Assembly: GCF_006345805.1 (NCBI RefSeq)
Contig: NC_043018.1
Location: 3,534,001 to 3,598,000 of the forward strand
From: Octopus sinensis
Lineage: Eukaryota
Direction: 5' to 3'
Length of the DNA: 64,000 nucleotides
A program made the position numbers and the translations under genes. Positions 28,389-39,805 of this stretch are shown one piece after another. Below the pieces are notes generated by a model. The model had not been told where the DNA came from, searched no databases, and saw nothing but the letters and a program-made list of their open reading frames with translations. Every line of letters begins with the position of its first letter. The stretch's first letter is position 1.

Positions 28389-28643
28389 TAATAAAAAACA
28401 AGATGAGTACAAATATCATACATTAAGCAATTCAATAGTGAAAGATATTATCTATATTATATAGAAAATCAATTAAACATACTATAACAAATATTATTCA
28501 ACTGGTATCCTTCAATAAGATAATTTATGATATTACTTTTCATTAATATTTTATTCGATTATTTATTGTTATGATGCGTATATTTCTATATTTATTTGTT
28601 AATTATTATATGTAAAGATACATACATTTATTTTATCATTTTA

Positions 28644-28756
28644 GACCTGAAGAGTGGCTATATTTTAAATCGAATTAATTTTACATTGAATTAATTTTAA
28701 TAGTATCGATTTTATTATTATCGATTTAAAGATATAGTCACGAAACGCGCGTAGTC
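28644..28756 (+). ncRNA. Type-I hammerhead ribozyme with long AT-rich stem II
   Basis: gac-CTGAAGA-gtggctatat...atatagtcac-GAAAC-gcgc-GTA-gtc. Confidence 0.8.
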
Positions 28757-28798
28757 AATTTAATGTTTATTTAATTTATTGACTTTTTGAATAATAAT

Positions 28799-29180
28799 AG
28801 GCACAGACGTGGCTGTGTGGTAATTTACTTGCTTACCAACCACATGGGCAAGTGTCTTCTTCCATAGCCTCGGGCCGACCAAAGCCTTGCGAATGGATTT
28901 GGCAGACGGAAACTGAAAGAAGCCTGTTGTATATATGTATATATATGTGTGTGTGTGTGTGTATGTGTGTGTTATATATCTGTGTTTGTTCCCCCAACAT
29001 CGCTTGACAACCGATGTTGGTGCATTTAGGTCCCCGTAACTTCGCGGTTCGGCAAAAGTGACCGATAGAATAATTACTAGGTTTACAAAGAATAAATCCT
29101 GGGATCGATTTGATTCGACTAAAAGGCGGTGCTCCAGCATGGCCGCAGCCAAATGACAGAAACAAGTAAAGAAAAGAATA
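28799..29180 (+). mobile_element. SINE-B
   Basis: Homologous to 63069-63476, with a short deletion in the head. Confidence 0.9.
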
Positions 29181-29351
29181 TTTATTATAGTATATTTAAA
29201 TTTTTTCTATATAATATAGATAATGTCTTTCACTATTGAATTGCTTAATAGAGGTTATTTCTCTTAATTATATACATATATAATATATTGTGAAATTTGA
29301 TTTAGAATTGGTAAATTGAACTTTTCCTTGCAAGTTTGGAATAATATTCTC

Positions 29352-29384
<33 letters not shown>

Positions 29385-29387
<3 letters not shown>

Positions 29388-29931
29388 TTATATATAAAAG
29401 TGAGGTTGTGTGCTGTCTGTCTCCTACGATTTAGATTCCTAACTACTCCCACATTTTGCGGTGCAGTTTAACCAAAACCAGGTATCTTATAGTCGTGATT
29501 CATATCGAGCCCTTCTGGGTATTAGCGCGCGTCTACGATGAGTCTACGATTTTAAAATAACTATAAGTTATAAGGGAAATAACTACATAAGCATTTTTAG
29601 AGATGTAAAGTATAATAGCCATCTCAATATGGCTAACCACAAAGATGGGGGTACTGTAGCTTTTTACGTTCTGAGATAATAATAAATTTTTAGAGAGTTA
29701 CTTCCCTTATATATGCCAAAAATGCATTAAAAAATGTGAAAAATTGATGGTAAATTTTTTTTTTAATCGTAGACTCATCGTAGACGCGCGATAATACCCA
29801 GAAGGGCTCGATATGAATCACGACTATAAGATACCCGGTTTTGGTTACACTGCACCGCAAAATGTGGGAGTAGTTAGGAATCTAAATCGTAGGAGACAGA
29901 CAGCACACAACCTCACTTTTATATATAAAGA
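29385..29931. mobile_element. Inverted dimer of the Helitron family seen at 16890-17280
   Basis: About 170-bp near-perfect arms 29385-29553 / 29763-29931, both starting with the Helitron TC 5' end. Confidence 0.85.
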
Positions 29932-30384
29932 TTTTTAGTCTTATACGTGCGCACGCACATACACAAACTGACGTATATATTTCCCACTGTTAAAGCTGAC
30001 CATGCATCTGCACTCACACTTGGGCAACATTACCTTTATTAGAAGAAATGGTCGTTACCCATACATGCAAGTCTACCCTCTGCTGCCCACCGATGTTTAT
30101 ACAAGGGAAAAACCTACTGACTTTGGCCCATACGGCTTACCAGCAGTGTCGTCGTAGACAGTTGCTGTTGTTGCTTTCAGAACTGAAAAGGCAGGGAAGA
30201 GGTACCGCAAGGCATCTTGCCAGATTGCATTAATCGTCTCAACAATTCCTCACACGGGTATAATGCGCTACCCATGTATTTAAAGAGGTCGCTTTTTGTG
30301 ACCTGCGCACCTCGCACGTGTGGCATTCCCCACGCTATGCCACAGCACATAATATCTTGTAAGACACAATTCTTTCTATCATAG

Positions 30385-31035
30385 ACACAAGGCTTGAAAT
30401 TTGGGAACAAACAAAGATCATTTACATCGACCCCAGTTTGCAACTGGTATTTATTTTATCGATCTCGGAAGGCTGAAGAGCAAAGTCGACTTCGGTGGAA
30501 TTCGAACACAGAACGTGAAGGCGGACGAAATGCTTAACAGCATTTTGTCCTGAATGCTAGCGATTCTGTCAGCTCGCCGCCTTCTATATTCCAAAACAAT
30601 TTAGATTTCAAATTTTGGCACAAGACCAGCAATTTCTGGAGAGGGGATAAGTCGATTACATCGACCCAAGATTTCACAGGAGTGAAAGGCAAAGGGATGA
30701 AAGAGCAAAGTCGAACTCAGCGTCATTTGAACTCAGAACGGAAAATTGGCAGAAATGCCGCTAAGCATTTCTTCCGGTACTGGAACGATTCTACCAGTTC
30801 GCCATCTCTTCTAAGACATAATATTGGTTTGTCAAAATAAGGCACAACGAGGTGGTAAATACTTAGTGACATTTCGTCCCTCTTTACGTTCTGAGTTCAA
30901 GTGCTATTGACGTCAACTTTGACACCTGTCTTTTTGGGGCGATGCAATAAGTAACTGGTGAACATTGGGGTCGATGTAATGGACTTACCCCTCCCCCGCC
31001 GAAATTACTGTCCTTGTACCAAAATTTGGAGCCAA
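30385..31035. mobile_element. Cluster of three SINE-A copies (-,-,+)
   Basis: Repeated atcgacccc..aaagtcga..gaactcagaacg..gccgcc body. Confidence 0.8.
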
Positions 31036-31384
31036 TATTAAGTCATAATACCAACTCACTGGTGCCAAGCTGTATCGGCGCCTTTGCTTTTCTCTTGGAT
31101 AACATCAGTGGCGTAAAGTGGTATGAATGGGCGACTGCTGGTCATCCATAAAACAAACTTGCCCAAACTTGTACCTCGGTGGGGGGGGGACTTCCTAGGC
31201 GCGACCCCATGGTCATTCGTGACGAAAGGGGGTGTTTTACCCTCTTAACGTTTTACCAACTGAAAATATCTAGTTACGAATCATTCAATGACAACATATC
31301 TATGATTAAGCATGTTTTAATACATTACTACGTTAATATTAGCGCCAACCCGACTGTGATGTTAAATACTTTGCAGTGAACTTA

Positions 31385-31620
31385 GCACCTATTTCTATAT
31401 TACCCACAAGGGACTAAACACAGAGCGGACAAACAAGGACAGACATAGGTATTAAGTCGATTACATCGACCCCAGTGCGTAACTGGTACTTAATTTATCG
31501 ACCCCGAAAGGATGAAAGGCAAAGTCGACGTCGACGGAATTTGAACTCTCAGCGTAGCGCAGACGAAATACCGCTAAGCATTTCGCCCGGCGTGCTAACG
31601 TTTCTGCCAGCTCGCCGCCC
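31385..31620 (-). mobile_element. SINE-A, well conserved
   Basis: Reverse complement of 53597-53830. Confidence 0.9.
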
Positions 31621-31659
31621 TATGAACTTAGCACCGACAAGAGATCGCTCGGTTACCGC

Positions 31660-32030
31660 ACTCGACGCTACAACGACAAACTGAAAGAGACGAGAAAGTG
31701 CAGCAGCATCAACCCCAAATCTGGTGAGCAACGTGCAGAAGAACAGAACGACGTAACCCACACTTATAACAGTGAAAAAAAGATTGAAGAACATCGTCTA
31801 AGAAATGAAAGGGATAAACGGCTACGACGAAAAATCTGCTACCGACTCCAAACAAGACCACCCCGACTAGACAATTGTTCCACGTAAAAATCGGTCTGGC
31901 TACTCCTCTGAAGTACCGACACAAATGAAGAAGCAAACACAGAGAAAGAATTATTTCGAAACGGGGAGAAAGATTCGAAGACGATTCTTTAGTATAAAGT
32001 TACAATAAGGCGGCGAGCTAGCAGAATCGT
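31660..32030 (+). mobile_element. Probable RTE-like LINE 3' remnant; 31868-32030 duplicated at 32599-32764
   Basis: LKCRQMFHVKIGLVTRLKYRHK* resembles the C-terminal CxxC..IGLxxHxxxH knuckle of RTE-like ORFs; direct duplication visible. Confidence 0.5.
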
Positions 32031-32860
32031 TAGCAAGCCGGATGAAATGCTGCCAAGCATTTCGTCCGTCTTTACGTTCTTAGTCCAAATTCTGCCGAGG
32101 TCGACTTTGCCATTCCTCCTTTCGGGGTCGATAAAATAAGTAGCAGGGAAACACTGGGGGCAATCTAATTGACTTATCCCCTCCTCCGAAAGTGCTGGTC
32201 TTAGAGCTTTTTATACAAAACACAAGGCCCGAAATTTTGAGGGAAATTTTGTAGGAAATTTTGTGGGAAATTAGGGTTCGTCGATCATATTAACTGGTGC
32301 TTGTTTTATCGACCCAGAAATAATGAAAGTTCAAGTCGACCCCGACAACATTTGAACTGAGAATGTAAAGCAGGAAGAAAAGCTGCTAAACATTTTGTCC
32401 GGCGCGATAACCATTCAGCCAGCTCGCTGCCTGATTCCCTGTAATGTTAAAACTGGTTTCAAGTTTTGACACAAGACCAGCAATTCCAGGAGAGAGGTTA
32501 AATCGATTGCATCGACCCCACAGCTCAACTTGTACCCCTTTTATCGAACGCCAAAGGGTGAAGGGCTCAGTCTACGGAAGACCACCCCGGCTTAAGTGTA
32601 GACAAATGTTCCACGTAAAAATCGGTCTGGTTACTCGTCTGAAGTACCGACACAAATGAAAAAAGTACAAATGTGGAAAGAACTATGTCGAAACGGGCAG
32701 AAGGATTCGAAAACGATTCTTTAGTAAAAAAAAGTTACAATAAGGCGACGAACTAGCAGAATCGATATTCTACGGAATTTGAACTTAGAACACAAAGACG
32801 GACTAAATGAAGCTTTGCATTTTGTTCGGCATTCTCAAGATTTTGCCAACTCGCCGCCTT
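32008..32860. mobile_element. SINE-A cluster in alternating orientation
   Basis: + copy 32008-32205; minus copies at about 32220-32432, 32460-32560, 32775-32860. Confidence 0.75.
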
Positions 32861-32958
32861 TCTATAATGTTAATACTGACCTTTAATTTGATCAAATCGT
32901 CTTGCACATATATTAAACATATATATCCACAGAGCTGATTCATCCTGTTGGGATCAAG

Positions 32959-32962
<4 letters not shown>

Positions 32963-33044
<82 letters not shown>

Positions 33045-33331
33045 GAGGTGTCGGGGTTAGTCCGTAAGATAAGTATTACGAACGTAGCATATTTACCATT
33101 GAAACATAGCAACACTAATGTGATTCTGTGTTTCCTGTCTCTACAAAAAGATAACATATTCTGACTTGTGCAAATAATGCATCTTTGATATTTGTCCTCA
33201 GATGCCTTCATTGTTGTTGTTGTTGCTGTTGTTGTTGTTTTTACAGTTGCTGTTGTTGTCAACGTGGCTATTGTTGTTGTTGTTGTTGTTACAGTTTCTG
33301 TTGCTATTGTTGTTCATGTGGTTGCTACAGC

Positions 33332-33362
<31 letters not shown>

Positions 33363-33564
33363 ATAACTTCTTGTGCTATTGGTGTAGCTGTTGTTGTGCT
33401 ATTGTTGCTAAGACGTTGCTATTGCTGTACTTTTGGTGTTGATGTTGTTGAGATTAATTATCAGTGTCTTGGCCGTTGCTGTTCTTGCTGCTGTTGTTGT
33501 TATTGATTATGATGATGATGACGACGACGACGACGACGACGACGATGATGATGATGATGATGAA

Positions 33565-33641
<77 letters not shown>

Positions 33642-33735
33642 GGATGATGATGAGGATGATGATGATGACGACGACGAAGACGACGATGACGACGATGACG
33701 ACGACGAGGATGATGATGACGACGATGATGATGAT
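32963..33735. repeat. (GT)n, (GTT)n and (GAT/GAC)n microsatellites
   Basis: Direct reading; source of the poly-D/V/C ORFs. Confidence 0.95.
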
Positions 33736-35157
33736 GTAAAAGTTATTATCGAACAGACTTAAGATCAAAAGTATTTTACTCAAGTCAATCCTTTTTCCCA
33801 GTTTCTTTACAGTCCTAGTTTACCTCTGAGTACATTTTCTCATGTGTCCTTCCCATTATTCCAAAGACAACAGAATGAGATTAAGGCAAATTTAGCTGCT
33901 TTTTCTACCAGTACAAGTGATAATATAGAAACTCCTTTGGCGGCGGAGGGGATTATTGTTAATCCAAATGGCGGAGCTTCTATATTTTTCTTAATCTCAA
34001 CTTTGTTCATCGATTAACCGCTCTACAATCGATTCGGATTAACCATTAAGTAAAATAAACACACACTTAACAACAAAAGCATAAAGCAACACCAAAACGT
34101 TTCTCTAATGCGAGACTTAACATAGTAAAAATGACCCGGCTAAACCGGGACCCTGTAAAATCTGCAGAAAATTCCTAATTTTTCCTGTTACCCTAAATAT
34201 AAGTAAGAATTTTGATTATATTAATTCGTAAGGCCGCGAACTGGCAGAATCCATATGGAGCCGGACAAAACGCTTAGCGGTATTGCGGACATTTTTACGT
34301 TCTTTGTTCAAATTTCGCCGAGGTCAACTTAGCCTTTCATGCTTTGAGGGTCAATGTGATCAGAATTACTGGCTTTGTGCCAAAATAAGAAAGGATTATA
34401 TTAATTCGTTGGGGCACAAACACAACAGCTGGAATTTAAACAATAACGTATCTATACATTCTTAATATCAGATTCGAACATGAATATTGATCGCTGTTGT
34501 TTTACGTATTCACGTGACCTTTCTACTAATCCAAAAACAAAAGGGAGATTTTACGGCTTTTTCTACCCCCAATACAAGCGACAATATAGACACTCCTTTC
34601 TATGTATTCTTATTAATCCAAATGACTAATTATCTACATTGTTAAACCTTATTGTTTCGATTCTTGCTGTTCTGCACGGTCCCCACGGATTAATTTCTTT
34701 GTTGCTCTGATTCTTACAAAAAAAGAGTTTCTACTCTCTTGTGGGATCCTTCATTCCGATGGGGTTGCTTTGAATGAGGAGACACAACGAGGCCGAAACA
34801 CAGGAGTATCGAAGTCCCCTTACACTGATCAATCGCTGGATCACGTGTTATGAACGCATCGCCCAAAGGGAGAAGGTGTCCTCCGGTGATTATTGATTAT
34901 TGATTATATTGATTACTGTTATTTAATGGAACCACACATGTTCAGTTGTTAGATTAACTAATTTACCAGGTTCATTTAGTCAGCTTGTATATGGCTGAGT
35001 ATTCCACAGACGCGTGTATTCTTAATGTAATAATGCTTACATGGAATCAATGGGACATATGAGGAGGCTGGGCATTTAAATTACAGACACAACCCATCCC
35101 ATAGTCTTCCATACTGTTTCCGTCGATTCAGTTTCACTCACAAGGTATACTTGCATC

Positions 35158-35380
35158 GTGGAGGCACATGACCTAGCGGTTAGAGTATTTGAACTTGTGG
35201 TCCTTAGATTGTGGTCTTGATTTCTGGACCGAACAATGCGTTGTGTTATTCCCGGTCAATCAGCTGACAAAGATGAGTAATTCTACCTCAGACGGGCGCC
35301 CTATCCAAGGGGAATATATACATCACAGGAACAGTGAAACCGCCTTATGAGTCTATATGACTCCGGAGAGGGCTTTGTTC
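35158..35380 (+). mobile_element. Degenerate tRNA-derived SINE related to 53160-53380
   Basis: gtggaggcacatgacctagcggttagag head; cagctgacaaagatgagtaa body. Confidence 0.6.
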
Positions 35381-35409
35381 TTTTTTTGCTTCCATCCGAG
35401 GCTACAGAA

Positions 35410-35558
35410 CAGGCATGGGAAACTTTTTAAAAGAAGCGGGCCATATGAAACATGATTCATCATTAGGTGGGCCGCACCACTAAACAATTCAAGGTGTAAT
35501 TTTTCATTTAGGAGTGCCACTCAGAAAATCCTGCAGGTTGCCGTTTTCCACATGGCTG
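35410..35558. mobile_element. hAT-like MITE
   Basis: caggcatgggaaac ... gttttccacatggctg termini; TSD degenerate. Confidence 0.6.
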
Positions 35559-35893
35559 TTGTAGAAAAATAACAGTTGCCTAAAGCGCAACGCAACGGGT
35601 TCGAATCAGGACCCCGTAATAACAAAGAGAACTTGTTAACAATTCGGCCATTAAGGCACGTTGGATAATAATGACGGAGTTCGACTCTTGATCATGAAGT
35701 TGTTTGTTCAATTCCTAGGCCGGACAACGCGATGTGCTCTTCAGTAAGGCACCTCATATCACGTTACTCAAGTTTACTCCGCTGAAGATGAGTACGGCCC
35801 TTGTAGTGGAGCAGTCCTTTTTACCCTACATCTCTCATATCCTTATTGTAAGGCTGGGTGAAACAGTGGTGGGAGGAACAGGTGTCTGTGAGA

Positions 35894-36112
35894 AGGCGGG
35901 GAGCTGGCAGAAACGTTAACAGGCTGGGCGAAATGCTTGGCTGTATTTCGTCTGTCTTTACGTTCTGAGTTCAAATTCCACCGGGGTCGACTTTGCCTTT
36001 CATCCTTTCGGGGTCGATAAATTAAGCACCAGTTGCGTTTTGAAGCCGTTCTAATCGACTAGCCTCGCTTGCCCCAAAAAATTTTGGGCCTTGTTCCTAG
36101 AATAGAAAAGAA
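35894..36112 (+). mobile_element. SINE-A
   Basis: Full head, core and tail. Confidence 0.9.
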
Positions 36113-36184
36113 TAGGTGTCTATGTTCATGCCTGTTCGCGACCACACATGCACCGGCAACAATTACAGAAGGTAATTGGTGCAC

Positions 36185-36251
36185 ACAACCAAATCATAGT
36201 CGTTCATACAACCAAATCATAGTCGTTCATACAACCAAATCATAGTCGTTC
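36185..36251 (+). repeat. 23-bp tandem repeat x3
   Basis: acaaccaaatcatagtcgttcat repeated without spacers. Confidence 0.95.
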
Positions 36252-36367
36252 GCAAGTACTGGTTGACATATTTAGTGCTGAATAAAAATGTTTAAAAAGC
36301 AGGTCATATTCTGGTATGGTATTATTTTAACTTAAGTACCATATTCATCTGAATATAAATTTCGCTG

Positions 36368-36405
<38 letters not shown>

Positions 36406-36437
36406 CAAAAATAAGCAACAAGAATGACTCTGGTAAT

Positions 36438-36523
36438 TTGGTACAATTGTTTCGCACTACATCATTTTATTAAAAGTTGTAAGTATTACAGCAGATTTAA
36501 GATGCTGAGTGCTCATCAGCCAA
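36438..36523 (-). ncRNA. Type-I hammerhead ribozyme
   Basis: ttgg-CTGATGA-gcact...agtgc-GAAAC-aatt-GTA-ccaa; palindrome ACAATTGT. Confidence 0.8.
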
Positions 36524-36559
36524 TTATATAGGTTTTCCAATAATACAAAAGCTCTTTGA

Positions 36560-36898
36560 GCCACTTCTTCACTACAGTCTGTACTTCCTCGTCTCTAGAC
36601 TGCCATCTCTTCAGCCCCATGAAAGAGGGTTTCAGAAGCAAACATTATTCCAGTGACGAGGAAGTGAAAACTATAGTGAAGAAGTGGCTTGAATAACAGC
36701 CGACAGAATTTTACGGGACAGGGATACATGCTCTCATTCGAAGGTGGAAAATTGCTATTGAGAGAAACGGTGACTATGTTGAGAAGTAGGGATGTGATCC
36801 ACAGAGGACCAGCTTCACTTTGATGTATGATACATGTTCCTGTGTTGGTAATTATACTTGTCCTAAACAAAATGGCATTACTTTTTGACTCATCCTCC
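36560..36898 (+). mobile_element. Mariner 3' fragment
   Basis: DCHLFSPMKEGFRSKHYSSDEEVK..FYGTGIHALIRRWKIAIERNGDYVEK*; TIR-like ttactttttgactcatcctc. Confidence 0.85.
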
Positions 36899-37041
36899 TT
36901 CACATATATTGTGCATGAGCAAACAAGAGAGACAGAGAAAGTCAGAAACAAGGAAAATGCCACTTATATTTGAACACTATACAAATATTTTTTTTTAAAA
37001 CTTTTCTTTTAATTTTTCTAAAATTAATTATTTAATCGTTA

Positions 37042-37079
37042 CAGTTGAAAAGGTCTCAAAATGACCGAAACCGGTACTG
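37042..37079 (+). ncRNA. Minimal hammerhead ribozyme, U3-A8 variant
   Basis: cag-TTGAAAA-ggtc tcaaaat gacc-GAAAC-cg-GTA-ctg; palindrome ACCGGT. Confidence 0.65.
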
Positions 37080-37132
37080 AAATGTTCTTTATAAAATTAT
37101 TTTAGCATGTTCTATCTTGACTTGTTTTTTCA

Positions 37133-37170
<38 letters not shown>

Positions 37171-37173
37171 TTA

Positions 37174-37207
<34 letters not shown>

Positions 37208-37381
37208 AGTACAATAATATTCCAGCAAAAATTGGTACCTTGTTGTGCCACTATTTCCTATTTATATGTGTAACTGTGTGTGTGTACGCATATATATGTA
37301 TGTGTGTATACATATGTTATATATATATATGTATATATATATAATATATATTATATATATATATATAATATATATATATAT

Positions 37382-38036
37382 ATTATATAATTAGGGCTTA
37401 GTAAAATAAATTACTTTGCCACATACTGAACTTAGTAGAAATAGCAGCCGAAAAAAGTTTTTCTTAGCATTTCTACTACTTAAGAAAAATTTCTCTCAGA
37501 TAATGTTTACTCCAGACAGCTCACGAAGGTTTTTGGGGTAAATACAGAAAAATATCACAAGTACATAGATCGTTTGAGTACGTCAACGTTTTCAGATTAG
37601 CCAATAAAATCAGCATTTCTTTCGTCAGCTCAAAATTTCTTAATTTGGATTTGGAAACACTAAAAAGAAGGAACTTTACCTATCAGCGAACTTGTCGCTT
37701 CAGATGACCACTCCAACTAAACAGTGTCAACAAATTCAAAATGCGCAGGCGTAAAATTCTGCACTCCCCATTCCACCCACGTGGTCTATCTAGCAAACAT
37801 TATATTTTAACCGCGAGACCGAGGCAGTATGACCGAGAGAAATGAATTATAATATCAACAATTGAGGTAAAATTAATTAATTAATCAATTCACCAAGTGT
37901 TCAGTATGTAAAAGGACCATTTAAGGCGAATTCAAATATTACATTATATAATTAGGGCTTAGTAAAATAAATTACTTTGCCACATACTGAACTTAGTAGA
38001 AATAGCAGCCCAAAAAATTTTTCTTAGCATTTCTAC

Positions 38037-38040
<4 letters not shown>
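37382..38040 (-). mobile_element. Non-coding element with ~98-bp direct terminal repeats and an internal hammerhead (retrozyme-like)
   Basis: 37382-37480 nearly identical to 37943-38040; (TA)n on both sides. Confidence 0.8.
37573..37634 (-). ncRNA. Type-I hammerhead ribozyme (one extra A)
   Basis: tttgag-CTGACGA-a-aga...tct-GAAA-ACGT tg ACG-TA-ctcaaa; 6-bp stem I. Confidence 0.65.
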
Positions 38041-38106
<66 letters not shown>

Positions 38107-38135
38107 ATATAATCATATACACACACATATATATA

Positions 38136-38656
38136 CCGTAAATCCTCGAGTATAATCCGCATTTTTTCCCAAAATTTAAAGGTCGAAATTCCTAGTGCGT
38201 ATTATGCACGAGGTTAAAAATGACAATTATTTTCTAAGCAATGTCCGAGTCTCTATTTGCTGTTCGGCAATGTTTATTCAGACGCATTTTGTTATTTCGG
38301 GCGCGAAAATACTTTAAGCTAAGCCTGAAAGCAATGAAGTTATAAAAGAATCATCCATAACTTGCAGTAAGCATCATTTATTAAAATAAAAGTATTCAGA
38401 ATAACATGTAACAAAAACAATTTGCAAACATATTTACATTCCCATATAACAGTTAAGAACATCACCATTATTGTATTACGCATGCGCGGAAGTGTCTGTT
38501 CGACTAGGTACTAGGTACTGCTGGCTTAATTACGTACGTCTCAAATTAGAGAAGGAGTACGTATTATACACAAGGTTTAGGTTTTTCAGAAGTACAACCC
38601 CCTAAAAATCCCCTGCGTATTATACTCAAGGGCGGATTATTCTCGAGGATTAACGG
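38136..38656. mobile_element. pogo/Tc2-like MITE
   Basis: TIR ccgtaaatcctcgagtataatccgc / gcggattattctcgaggattaacgg with TA TSD. Confidence 0.9.
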
Positions 38657-39039
38657 TACACACAGATTTTTTTAAAGGTCTCTCTGCACTTCAATCACAG
38701 TGGAGATAGGCTGTTTTCGCCCTTGCTATTCATATGTATATTATATATTATGTATATATTATTATCGCTTTTACAATTATGACAATACTCAGCCACTTAA
38801 ATGCAAAATTCACTCAATCTAATAACGGAATTTCAATCGTTGGAGGATCAAATCGATATTCATGCCCATATGTATGTATGTATGTATGTATGTATCATAT
38901 GTGTGTTTATATAACTGTATGCGTGTATGTATTTTTTGTAAGTATTTATAAATATATTTATATGTACGTATGAAGACGTATATATTTACGTATAGATGGA
39001 TACATGTATATACTTATGTGCTTTTGTATGTATGTATGT

Positions 39040-39085
<46 letters not shown>

Positions 39086-39183
39086 ATATACATATATATG
39101 TAGTCCCGGGTTGAGTCGGGGTTAACCACAGTAAATAAGGTACTCAATACATAGCAGAGTAAATTAATTTATTTTATAGAAGG

Positions 39184-39235
39184 AGCTTCTACAGGACTAG
39201 AACTGTTTTTCATTCAAAGAAATCATCAGGAAGCT
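39184..39235 (-). ncRNA. Hammerhead-like motif with weak stem II
   Basis: agcttc-CTGATGA-tttctttgaat-GAAAA-ACAG ttctagtc CTG-TA-gaagct; host repeat end 39101-39170 recurs at 24951-25022. Confidence 0.55.
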
Positions 39236-39767
39236 AGGTGACAAGAATAGTTTTTGGCCATTTATACCATTTAGGCAGGTTTAAAGGGGTGGTGGTGGGG
39301 GGACTTTTTGGGGTAGGCATGGCGCAAACTCTCATTCTTTAGGGGAGTGGTCAAAGGATCAGTGATAAGTAGATAAAAGAATAATAGAATAATAGAGTTT
39401 AGGTAATAAGGAGACCTCTCACTTATACATATATATATACATATACACACACAATACATAACACACACACACCACATATATATATACATACATACACACA
39501 CATATATATTATATTATATATATATATATATATACATATAAACATACACATACACACATACATCCATACACATGTACATATGCACCCATTTACATACATC
39601 TACGTACCACCCATACCCATACTCAAACATACACACATATATCTACACACATATATATAAAATTAAATAAATATAAAACAAATATAAAAGAGGATATACA
39701 CCCCCATACGCACACCGCTCACATATCTCTCTCTCTCTATATATATATACACACATTCATACACACA

Positions 39768-39800
<33 letters not shown>

Positions 39801-39805
<5 letters not shown>

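Larger units (their letters stand above)
27893..28420. mobile_element. tRNA-headed, hammerhead-bearing SINE-like element (+ copy 28171-28420) with an inverted head-less copy (27893-28168)
   Basis: A box TGGCGTAGTGG 28173-28183, B box GTTCGATTC 28218-28226, (AAT)n, then a body that is inverted at 27955-28165. Confidence 0.8.
28423..29352 (+). mobile_element. AT-rich hammerhead-bearing non-autonomous element (Penelope/retrozyme-like), interrupted by SINE-B
   Basis: Inverted repeat 28423-28468/29203-29248; 3' segment 29280-29352 homologous to the reverse complement of 58636-58715. Confidence 0.7.

Noticed and set aside
33433-33762. Poly-Asp ORF resembling acidic biomineralisation proteins (also 55024-55623)
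   Set aside because: A simple (GAT/GAC)n tract within a microsatellite field, open in several frames; no gene structure.
36185-36251. 23-bp repeat x3 resembling a CRISPR array
   Set aside because: No spacers, eukaryotic context, no cas genes.
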